From: an uncultured Acidobacteriota bacterium
GTDB lineage: Bacteria > Acidobacteriota > UBA6911
DNA: 64,000 nt
Direction: 5' to 3'
Assembly (NCBI GenBank): GCA_963827655.1
Contig: CAWHCF010000006.1
Span: 64,001-128,000 of the forward strand
The notes beneath the pieces were generated by a model, which was not told where the DNA came from, searched no databases, and worked only from the letters and a program-made list of their open reading frames with translations. A program made the translations under genes and the position numbers. Positions within the stretch are counted from its first letter, which is position 1. Each line of letters starts with the position of its first letter. Below are positions 50,780-59,358 of this stretch, piece after piece.

Positions 50780-51967
50780 ATGCTGCTGTCACGTTTCGGC
50801 GCGTGGGCCGTTTTCTTGGTTCTCCTCGGACAACCCGATCTCCCTCAACCGGCCGAGTTCCGCGAGCACGTAATCGAAGCCAAGATTCCCGGCGGCTACG
50901 CCGTACTGGTTCGAGACCTCAACAAAGACGGCCGGCCGGATGTCATCGGACTCACATCGCGCATTACAGAACTGGCCTGGTATCAGAATCCGGACTGGCA
51001 GCGCCACGTCCTGGTCGCCGGAATGAACGGCCTGGTGAACATGGCGGCTCATGACCTTGACGGCGATGGGTTCCCGGAGCTGGCGCTCGAGAGCGAGTTC
51101 AGCATGGTTGCGGCCAAGAGCCAGGGCGTGGTCTGGTTGCTGAAACACCAGGGAGATCCTCGCCAGCCCTGGCAGGCCACGAAGATCGATGCGCTCACGA
51201 CCTCGCATCACCTGGGATGGGCCGACGTCGACGGAGACGGCAAGAAGGAATTGATCAACGCGCCGCTCATCGGTCCTCAGGCCTTGGCTCCCAAGTATGA
51301 GGACCGAGTACCGCTCGTCTATTACCGGACCGACGACTGGAAGCGCCGGGTGATCGATGACCAGCTCACCGGTGTGTTGCACCGCTTGAGGGTCGTGCGC
51401 TGGAAAGAGGGAAAGCGCGAGCAGATATTGACGGCGGGCTTCGACGGAATCGTGCTGCACCAGGCCACGGGCGAGGGTGACCGAATCCAATGGGAGAACA
51501 CGCGGCTGGCCCGCGGTCACGAGGAAGCCGCGCCCAGGGCAGGCTCAAGTGACGTCGGGCTCGGGCGATTGAAGAAACGTCGCTTTCTCGCCGCCGTCGA
51601 ACCCTGGCATGGCAACGAAGTGGTCGTGTATACGGAAGATCCGGCGGGCCGCTGGCAGCGCAAGGTTATTTTTTCAGAGCTGGTCGAGGGCCACGAGGTC
51701 GCCCTCGCCGACTTCAATGGCGACGGGCGCGACGACATCGTGGCCGGAGACCGGGGCAAGGGCGCCAGCGTTCATGTTTTTTACGCTGAAGACGATGACG
51801 GAAATCAATGGCGGCGCCAGGTCATCGATCAAGGGGGCATGGCTGCCTCAGGCTGCACTACCGCAGACCTCAATGACGACGGGCGCGCCGATATCGTCTG
51901 CATCGGGAGCTCCACCGGCAACATGAAGTGGTACGAAAACATGTCACGCCACGGCCGGCCTCGCTGA
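50780..51967 (+). CDS. FG-GAP/VCBS beta-propeller, aldos-2-ulose dehydratase-like
   Basis: DLNKDGRPD, DLDGDG, DFNGDG repeats; EPWHGN, GHE. Confidence 0.75.
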   Translation: MLLSRFGAWAVFLVLLGQPDLPQPAEFREHVIEAKIPGGYAVLVRDLNKDGRPDVIGLTSRITELAWYQNPDWQRHVLVAGMNGLVNMAAHDLDGDGFPELALESEFSMVAAKSQGVVWLLKHQGDPRQPWQATKIDALTTSHHLGWADVDGDGKKELINAPLIGPQALAPKYEDRVPLVYYRTDDWKRRVIDDQLTGVLHRLRVVRWKEGKREQILTAGFDGIVLHQATGEGDRIQWENTRLARGHEEAAPRAGSSDVGLGRLKKRRFLAAVEPWHGNEVVVYTEDPAGRWQRKVIFSELVEGHEVALADFNGDGRDDIVAGDRGKGASVHVFYAEDDDGNQWRRQVIDQGGMAASGCTTADLNDDGRADIVCIGSSTGNMKWYENMSRHGRPR

Positions 51968-52108
51968 CCTTTTCGCGTTTCTTCGGGTCTTTGCAGCTTA
52001 CCAACGTTCTCACCGCCAGGACGCGAAGACACAACGAAACTCACGATCTGGTATCTTGTATACTAATGTATGACTAGAGATGATAGAAGATGGATCGGGG
52101 TTCCGACA

Positions 52109-52432
52109 ATGAACCATACTCTCTTGACAGTCACAGAAGTCGCTGCTCGACTAAAATGTCATCCCCACACGATCCGCCGGTGGATTTGGGACCGTAAGCT
52201 TCGGGCCGTGAAAGTAGGGGACCTTGTGCGGGTCTCCGAGCAGGAAGTCATGAGATTCATCAAGCCGGTCGCCGTTAAGAAAAACCCTCGCCCGTCACGA
52301 AGAGGTTCGTCGGCTCTTATTGCCACCATGCGCAAGCTAAGAAAGAAAGTGAATCCGGCGGACGTGAAACTCATGGAACGCATGATTTCTGAGGCAGAGC
52401 AGCCGGCAGACTGGAACAATCCGCTTGGTTGA
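52109..52432 (+). CDS. Excisionase-like HTH (HTH_17) protein, putative antitoxin
   Basis: LLTVTEVAARLKCHPHTIRRWI..KLRAVKVG; overlaps the PIN gene. Confidence 0.8.
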   Translation: MNHTLLTVTEVAARLKCHPHTIRRWIWDRKLRAVKVGDLVRVSEQEVMRFIKPVAVKKNPRPSRRGSSALIATMRKLRKKVNPADVKLMERMISEAEQPADWNNPLG

Positions 52433-52859
52433 TCGTCTCCTTGACACCAACGCCGTCAGCGCTGCGATGGCGGGACGGGAAGTCTTCGTCTCATACCTGG
52501 CTCGCATTGAAGAACAAGGGCTACTCTTGACCTCGGTGACTGTCGAAGGAGAGATCTATTTTGGTATTTCGCGCTTACCCAAGGGAAAAAGGAGGAACAA
52601 CCTGGCGGGTGTGGCCGCTCAGGTGATAAAGCAACTCCATGACGTCCTTCCAATCACTCGAGCAGTTGCGGCGCGATATGCCGAGATAAAGGCGGATCTG
52701 TGGGCGCGCGGAAAACCTATGGGCGAAAATGATCTATGGATTGCATCAACGGCGTTAGCGCATAACCTGACGCTTGTGACCAGCGATGCCACCTTCGGGA
52801 ACATCAAGACGCTCCTGATCGAAAACTGGTCGCGGGCTGCGCGCGAAAGAACCGACTAG
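52425..52859 (+). CDS. vapC: VapC/PIN-domain toxin
   Basis: LLDTNAVS, GEIYFG, GENDLWIASTALAHNLTLVTSD. Confidence 0.92.
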   Translation: MVDRLLDTNAVSAAMAGREVFVSYLARIEEQGLLLTSVTVEGEIYFGISRLPKGKRRNNLAGVAAQVIKQLHDVLPITRAVAARYAEIKADLWARGKPMGENDLWIASTALAHNLTLVTSDATFGNIKTLLIENWSRAARERTD

Positions 52860-52865
52860 GACACG

Positions 52866-53519
52866 ATGAATTCAGGCTTTCGATTTCAGTTCACCACGAT
52901 TCTAGCCCTGATCCTATGGGCCGGCTACCCTGCGGCTCGTTCTCAAGTGGTCAAGCCGGTCCCGGCGGACAAAGAACAGCGCCTTTTCGACGGTCAGAGT
53001 CTGAAAGGTTGGAAAGCAACCAGCTTCGGTGGCGAGGGGCGGGTTTATGTCGAAGGCGGGCGGCTCATCCTCGAAATGGGAAACAATCTGACGGGCATCA
53101 CGTGGGACGGCGGCGAACTCCCGCGTATCGACTATGAGATCAGCCTCGAGGCAATGAAGGTCGACGGCAACGACTTCTTCTGTGGCCTGACATTCCCGGT
53201 GGCCGACTCGTCCTGCTCCCTTATCGTCGGCGGTTGGGCTGGAAGCGTCGTTGGGCTGTCGAGTCTCGACGGCCTTGACGCCTCCGAAAACGATACCACC
53301 CGACACATGAGATTTGAGCAAGGACGCTGGTATGGTATCCGAGTGCGGGTCAGCCCGAAGAAGATCGAGGCCTGGATCGACAACGACAAAGTCGTGGATG
53401 CCGATACGGCCGGACGCCGCGTGGGTATTCGTCCGGAGATGGAGCCGTCCGAGCCGCTCGGGATTGCCACCTGGATCACAACGGCGGCCCTGCGAAAAAT
53501 CGAAATCCGAAAGCAGTGA
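52866..53519 (+). CDS. DUF1080 (3-keto-disaccharide hydrolase-like) secreted protein
   Basis: LFDGQSLKGW, DFFCGLTFP, GGWAG..GLSSLDG.DASEN. Confidence 0.85.
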   Translation: MNSGFRFQFTTILALILWAGYPAARSQVVKPVPADKEQRLFDGQSLKGWKATSFGGEGRVYVEGGRLILEMGNNLTGITWDGGELPRIDYEISLEAMKVDGNDFFCGLTFPVADSSCSLIVGGWAGSVVGLSSLDGLDASENDTTRHMRFEQGRWYGIRVRVSPKKIEAWIDNDKVVDADTAGRRVGIRPEMEPSEPLGIATWITTAALRKIEIRKQ

Positions 53520-53611
53520 TCCAGGAGTGCTGAGTAAAAAGTCGGAGTCATCGCAGCACTTTCTACTCAGCACTTTCTACTTTTTACTCAAATGATTACG
53601 GAGTAACAGTC

Positions 53612-56473
53612 ATGGTTAACCGGAGAAGGGGACTGATTGGCGGCGCAACCCTCAGCTTCCTCACGTTGATCGCGTGGCAGCAGCGAGCCGTTCTTTTTCC
53701 GCAGGCCGCGCCCTCCCCGTCACAAACCGATCTTGCGCCGCTGCTCGACAGTTCCCTCGTGTCATTTCGCCTCCAGTTCGGCGTGACGGACGGTGAACCG
53801 CGGTCCTGGGATGGTTCGCTGGCCCTCGAGAAGGGCGAACTCCTGAACCTGCGCAACTGGCATCCCCGGCCTGGAGACAAGATCGCGGGCAAGGAAAGCT
53901 GGTCGCTTTCAACTCGCAAAGGCCCCAATTTTCAGCGCCGTCCGTGGGAAGACGAACTCACGGTAGCGCCTGAGCCTTACTTGCTGATTCCAGGAATCAT
54001 TGTCGACGTGAGAGCCACCCCCGAAACGAAGGTCGTGTTCAAAACCAAGAACGGTGAATTCCAGGTAAGTCCGTCGGAACTGCGACCCGGGCAGCCGGTT
54101 CGGTTTTTGTCAGGAAGCGTGATCTGCGATCGCGTGCCCGCGGCGCAACTGCTATCGACTCGCGAGTATGAAGACGACTTCGTCGCCATTCTTGGCGGCC
54201 GATCCGGCGAAGTCTGGACGGCCTGGGTTGGTTATCGCAACCGTGGAAACGAAGTCTTTGCCCGATCCTTCGATGGCAAGAGCTGGAGCGGATTGCTCAA
54301 GGTAACCGATAAACCCGGCGACATTTTTCTGGTCAAGCTGGGGCGCGATCGCAACCACAATCCGTGGGTGGTATGGTCCGCCCAGGCCGGAAACAACTGG
54401 GATCTCTACGGCCGCCGTCATGACGGCAAATCGTGGTCGGCGATCGAGCGGCTGACGGACGATCCTCAACCCGACATCTACCACAACCTGGCCCGGGACT
54501 CGAACGGGAATCTGTGGTTGGTCTGGCAAGGATTCAGAAACGGCAAGTCGGACATTTTTGCCCGGCGCTACGATGGCTCGACCTGGTCGCCCGCCGAGCG
54601 CATCTCGGGATCGCCCGCCAACGACTGGGCGCCTGCCATTGCAACGGATGGCGCAGGCCGGGTCTACATAGCCTGGGATAGTTATGCCGGCGGCAACTAC
54701 GACATCATGATGCGTCAATTTGACAGCGGCAGGTGGTCGGAGGTTTTCAATGTAGCCGCCACGCCTAAATTTGAAGCTCATCCCAGCCTTGCCTGCGACA
54801 ACCAGAACCGTCTATGGGTAGCCTGGAATGAAAGCGGAATGCAGTGGGGCAAAGATTCGGGCTTTCTGGTGAAGAAGGAAGCCACGCGTCTGTACCAGTC
54901 GCGCTCGATGACCGTGGCCGTCTACTCGAGCGGCAACTGGCAAGAACCGGTAGCGGAGCTCGACTCATCGCTTCCCCACGAACTGCAGGGGTACAACGAC
55001 CTGCCGGTCCTCCAGCCGGACGGCATGGGACGCATGTGGCTCTTTTTCCGGCACCGCACCTTGAGAATTCGCGATACGCACAACAACGCTCCGGCGCATC
55101 GAGCGGCCTGGGAAATCTGGGGTACGGCGTATGACGGAGAACGATGGACGACGCCCATCCAGATTCCTTTCAGCCAGGGACGCACCGACATGCGCGGCGG
55201 CTTCGCCTCGGACGAGGGCGGGAATATGTATGGCGCCTGGGCCACCGATAATCGTGATTTCGAGGAGTTTCTCTTCCAGCACGCGGACGTGTACGCGGCG
55301 CGCATCCCGCTGCCCGACTCCCGCGCCGGCGCTCCCAAGCTGAAACCGCGATTGACTCCCCAACTGACGACCTTCCCCGTCCACGCCAGCGAAGCGGAAG
55401 ATCTTAGCCGCATTCGCAGCTATCAAATGCAATCAGAGGGAAAGACGTACCGCATCTATAGAGGCGACACCCACCGGCATACCGAGTTCTCGATGGATGG
55501 CAACAACGAAGGCTCCCTGCTCGACACTTACCGTTACGCAATGGATGCCGCTGAGCTTGATTTTCTCGGAGTCAGCGAACACAACGGTCTTGGTGGTCCG
55601 GACATCGAGTATATCAACTGGCTGCTGCAGCAAATGGCCGATCTGCTCTTCTTGCCCAGCACCTTCACGCCGCTGTATGGATATGAACGCAGCGTGGTTT
55701 ATCCCAACGGCCATCGCAATGTGATGTTCGCGCAACGAGGCAATCCGACATTGCCGATCCCCGCCGAGGAGAACCAAGGAAAGATCGGCGCCGCGGCGCT
55801 CTACGAATACCTGAAGCGCTACCGCGGCATCGCCATCTCACATACTTCAGCCACCAACATGGGCACAGATTGGCGCGATAACGATCCTGAAGTTGAGCCC
55901 CTGGTTGAAATGTACCAGGGCGATCGCGTTTCGGCCGAATACGAGGGCGCTCCCAAAGCGGCCAACAGCGGAAATCCGGCGTCAGCGCCGGGAGGCTTCC
56001 GCCCGGCGGGGTATGTGTGGAACGCCTGGGCCAAAGGGTACAAGCTCGGCGTCCAGGTCAGCTCCGATCATCTCTCCAATCACATATCGTATGCCTGCAC
56101 TCTAGCGACAGAATTCACGCGCCAGGGGTTGCTCGACGCCATGCGCCTGCGACACTCCTATGGCGCGACGGACAACATCATTCTCGATTACCGGCTGCAG
56201 GCCGGAGGCAAGGAGTATCTGCAGGGCGATATCGTAAAAAGCCCCGGCGCTTTCAAGCTCTTGATCAAGGTGATCGGCACAGCTCCGATCCGTCAAGTCG
56301 ATATCATCAAGAACAACACGTTCATTCATAACCGGCAGCCGCTCGAAAAAGAAATCAGCTTCAGCTTCGTCGATAACCAGGCGGGCTCGGGTGAAAACTA
56401 CTACTACGTTCGCGTGATCCAGGCCGACGACCAGATGGCGTGGTCGTCTCCCATCTGGATTCGAGCCAATTAG
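53612..56473 (+). CDS. Secreted beta-propeller plus PHP-fold metallohydrolase (DUF3604-like), paralog A
   Basis: GDTHRHTEFS, SEH, GHRN, SHTSAT, SSDH, YGATDNI, YYYVRV...AWSSPIW. Confidence 0.75.
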   Translation: MVNRRRGLIGGATLSFLTLIAWQQRAVLFPQAAPSPSQTDLAPLLDSSLVSFRLQFGVTDGEPRSWDGSLALEKGELLNLRNWHPRPGDKIAGKESWSLSTRKGPNFQRRPWEDELTVAPEPYLLIPGIIVDVRATPETKVVFKTKNGEFQVSPSELRPGQPVRFLSGSVICDRVPAAQLLSTREYEDDFVAILGGRSGEVWTAWVGYRNRGNEVFARSFDGKSWSGLLKVTDKPGDIFLVKLGRDRNHNPWVVWSAQAGNNWDLYGRRHDGKSWSAIERLTDDPQPDIYHNLARDSNGNLWLVWQGFRNGKSDIFARRYDGSTWSPAERISGSPANDWAPAIATDGAGRVYIAWDSYAGGNYDIMMRQFDSGRWSEVFNVAATPKFEAHPSLACDNQNRLWVAWNESGMQWGKDSGFLVKKEATRLYQSRSMTVAVYSSGNWQEPVAELDSSLPHELQGYNDLPVLQPDGMGRMWLFFRHRTLRIRDTHNNAPAHRAAWEIWGTAYDGERWTTPIQIPFSQGRTDMRGGFASDEGGNMYGAWATDNRDFEEFLFQHADVYAARIPLPDSRAGAPKLKPRLTPQLTTFPVHASEAEDLSRIRSYQMQSEGKTYRIYRGDTHRHTEFSMDGNNEGSLLDTYRYAMDAAELDFLGVSEHNGLGGPDIEYINWLLQQMADLLFLPSTFTPLYGYERSVVYPNGHRNVMFAQRGNPTLPIPAEENQGKIGAAALYEYLKRYRGIAISHTSATNMGTDWRDNDPEVEPLVEMYQGDRVSAEYEGAPKAANSGNPASAPGGFRPAGYVWNAWAKGYKLGVQVSSDHLSNHISYACTLATEFTRQGLLDAMRLRHSYGATDNIILDYRLQAGGKEYLQGDIVKSPGAFKLLIKVIGTAPIRQVDIIKNNTFIHNRQPLEKEISFSFVDNQAGSGENYYYVRVIQADDQMAWSSPIWIRAN

Positions 56474-56507
56474 CCGGCAAGGAACGGATCGCTTATTCCT
56501 CGCATGC

Positions 56508-57124
56508 ATGGGGCGCATGGACGATGCTCTCACAGAGTTGAAACGAGCGCACGAGCTGGATCCGGTCTCTCTCATCACAAACACCGAGGCCGGATGGATT
56601 CAATACCTGAGGCGACAATACGACGATGCGATCGATCAGTACCTGGGGACACTGGAGCTGGATCCGAATTTTTACCTCGTGTATTGGGGGCTCGGGCTGG
56701 CCTACGAGGCGAAGTTCATGTTCGACAAGGCCATCTCGGCGTTCGAAAAGTCGCGGGCACTCTCGCAAGGAAGCGGCGCCGTGGTTGGGGCGCTTGGACA
56801 CTGCCTTGCCCTACGCGGCAAGAGAGCGGAGTTCGCAACAGCTGCTCAAGGAATTGAGGGAGCTATTGCGACGAAGGTGCATTTCCCATGTGATGCAGCA
56901 GTCATCTATGCCGGCCTCGGCGACAACGAGCGGGCGATGAAATGGCTGGAGGCTGCCCGTGCGGAAGGTGACCCGTATAAAAGCGGGAGGTGGCTGGTTC
57001 ATCTGAAAGTGGATCCCAGATTCGATGGTCTTAAAATAAAAAAAAAAAATATCCCAGATTCGATGGTCTGCGCTCGGAGCCGAGGTTCATTGACCTGCTG
57101 GAGGAAGTGGGCCTGCAGCATTAG
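56508..57124 (+). pseudogene. C-terminal TPR fragment with frameshifts and a 38-bp insertion
   Basis: AHELDPVS, LELDPNF, IYAGLGD, LKVDPRFDGL|RSEPRFIDLLEEVGL* once the insert is removed. Confidence 0.75.
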
Positions 57125-57338
57125 CCTCCCGGGAAAACTCTCTAGCCAACCCAAACCAAGAGAAGTGGATCCCAGCGGGCAAGGTCTGCCATTGGGGCGA
57201 GACGACCGACCGGGGCATTGTCGAATACCGCGCTTTCCTGGTCTGGTGGTCAAACTATGCGAGAGTCCGAAAGCACTGCTGACTGGCTGAATTGGAGCCT
57301 CGCCTGACAGCCGGCGGTGTATTTGTGCTTGAACTGCT

Positions 57339-58070
57339 TCACGCGTATGGCTGATGAGTCGGTTTGATCACCAGCTCCGGGATGTGCGCGCGCCGCGGCA
57401 AGCGAGCCACCATCACGACCGCCTGGGCAATGTCCTCCGGCTGAAGAATCTGCGCTCGATGCTCATCCGTAACCGGCTGCGGCCGTTCATCGAGGATAGG
57501 CGTGTTGACCTCGCCTGGATAGATATTGGTCACTCGAATGCCGTTCTTGCCTTCTTCCAGGGCGGCGCACATGCCCAGCGCCGTCATGGCGAATTTTGAT
57601 GCAGTGTAGGCGACGCCACTCAGCAGACCGGCGCGCTTGCCGGCCACGGACGAGATGTTAATGATCAGCCCGTCCTTTCTCTCGCGCATCTGCGGCAATA
57701 CGGCGTGGATGCAATTAAAGGATCCAGTGGCATTGATCTGCAGCACCTTGTCCCACTCGGCCGGGTCGAGATCGGCCATCAGCCGTCGTCTGACATTAAT
57801 TCCGGCGCTCACAACCAGAATGTCGATCGGCCCTAGCTGATCGGCCGCCCAGGCAAAAAGTCCCTCAACACTCCGTCGATCCGCAACGTCAACCTGGAAG
57901 ATGCGAATCGGCGGTTCGCCGGTCCACAGGCCGGCGGTCTTGCGCAGCCTGTCCTCGCGACGCCCGCTGATTGCCACGTGACATCCTTCCTGTGCCAGGG
58001 CGAAGGCTATTTCCTGACCGATTCCGGTGCCTCCGCCTGTTATCAAGACCTTCTTGCCACGCAGATCCAC
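57339..58070 (-). CDS. Short-chain dehydrogenase/reductase
   Basis: TGGGTGIG, SAG, ISSVAG, YTASK. Confidence 0.93.
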   Translation of the reverse strand: MDLRGKKVLITGGGTGIGQEIAFALAQEGCHVAISGRREDRLRKTAGLWTGEPPIRIFQVDVADRRSVEGLFAWAADQLGPIDILVVSAGINVRRRLMADLDPAEWDKVLQINATGSFNCIHAVLPQMRERKDGLIINISSVAGKRAGLLSGVAYTASKFAMTALGMCAALEEGKNGIRVTNIYPGEVNTPILDERPQPVTDEHRAQILQPEDIAQAVVMVARLPRRAHIPELVIKPTHQPYA

Positions 58071-58176
58071 GGTTATCTCCTTTTCTTGGTGTTTCTTCGT
58101 GACTTTGAGTCTTCGTGGTATTGGTTAGACAGCTCTAACCACGAAGACACGAAACACCCAGAGCACTTCGGTTTGC

Positions 58177-59298
58177 TCAGCGAACGGCCTTAGAGACCTC
58201 GACCCAGGCGCCCTTTTCGTGCGAGTCAAGAACGGCATCCGCCACGAGCTGGGCATTGAGGCCGTCGTGGAAGCTGGGTATGGCCTGCCGCTTCTCGGCA
58301 ATCGCCGACACAAACTCCCAGACCAGGTCATAGCGAAATACCGTTGCCGGCTCACCCCGGGCGGGATCTCTCGGGCTGCCTGACGGCTTCAGGTATTGTG
58401 CGGGCACCTCGATGGGCTCGAGGTCGTGTCCGGTTTTGCCGAGAAGGATCTGGTTGGGGACATGGAGCCGATAAACCGCAGAACCCTCGGAGCCATTAAC
58501 CTCGGCCCATTCGTGACCGAATCCCTGAAGGCCATATCCTTTGGCCAGTGTTGTTCCCTCCCAGACACCCACGGCCCCGGATTCGAACTCTCCGATCATG
58601 GCCGACCAGTCGTCTACGTCCGAAGCCGGACAGGAAGAGCCTTCACCAGTCCGCTCGCGCGGCGCGAAGCGCGCTACCGCTCCGCAGATGCGACGCAAGG
58701 GTCCCAGAAGGTCGAGCGCAAAGTCGATGCGGTGAATCATCATGTCGAAAAGATTTCCGGCGCCCGCGCTCTCCTTGTATTGCCTCCATCCCCAGCTGGT
58801 CTCGGGCCAATCAAGAAACCGCTGGCTGCGGAAGTGACGCGGTTCGCCCAGGGCGCCGCTTTTCACCAGATGCCTGAGATAACCCATGGCGGGGGCGAAC
58901 CGATAGGTGAAGGCCGTCATGTGCACAACACCGGCGTCGCGCGCCGCGCGGTACATCTCTGCAACCTCGCCTGAATTCAACCCAAGCGGCTTCTCACACA
59001 TGATGTGCTTGCCGGCGCGGGCTGCGGCCACGGCGAGCGGGCGATGCGTAAAGTTGGGGGTAGCGATGATTACGCCGTCGACCTCGGGCCAGGAAAGAAG
59101 AATTTCGGGGTCGGTGGTGACCTGCTCCACGCCCCAGTCCTTCCTCCTCTTCTCCACCAGCACGGGATCACTGTCACACACACCCACGAGCCGGGTTCGC
59201 TGATCGAGCGCGATGCCCGGAACGTGGTGGTAATCGCTCACTTTTCCCGCGCCAATAATGGCCAGACCAACCGGTCGGTTGGCGAAGTTCATTGCCAT
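58177..59298 (-). CDS. Gfo/Idh/MocA oxidoreductase
   Basis: IIGAG, ATPNFTH, CEKP, DMMIHRID. Confidence 0.93.
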   Translation of the reverse strand: MAMNFANRPVGLAIIGAGKVSDYHHVPGIALDQRTRLVGVCDSDPVLVEKRRKDWGVEQVTTDPEILLSWPEVDGVIIATPNFTHRPLAVAAARAGKHIMCEKPLGLNSGEVAEMYRAARDAGVVHMTAFTYRFAPAMGYLRHLVKSGALGEPRHFRSQRFLDWPETSWGWRQYKESAGAGNLFDMMIHRIDFALDLLGPLRRICGAVARFAPRERTGEGSSCPASDVDDWSAMIGEFESGAVGVWEGTTLAKGYGLQGFGHEWAEVNGSEGSAVYRLHVPNQILLGKTGHDLEPIEVPAQYLKPSGSPRDPARGEPATVFRYDLVWEFVSAIAEKRQAIPSFHDGLNAQLVADAVLDSHEKGAWVEVSKAVR

Positions 59299-59358
59299 GG
59301 TTTTCCTCTAGCGTGCTTCGCGTCTTGGAGTCTTGGCGTTTTGGCAGCCGTAGTCCGA

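Noticed and set aside
44149-52432. Prophage or ICE suggested by two excisionase-like genes
   Set aside because: No integrase, att/tRNA site, or phage/conjugation genes; both HTH genes are coupled to PIN toxins.
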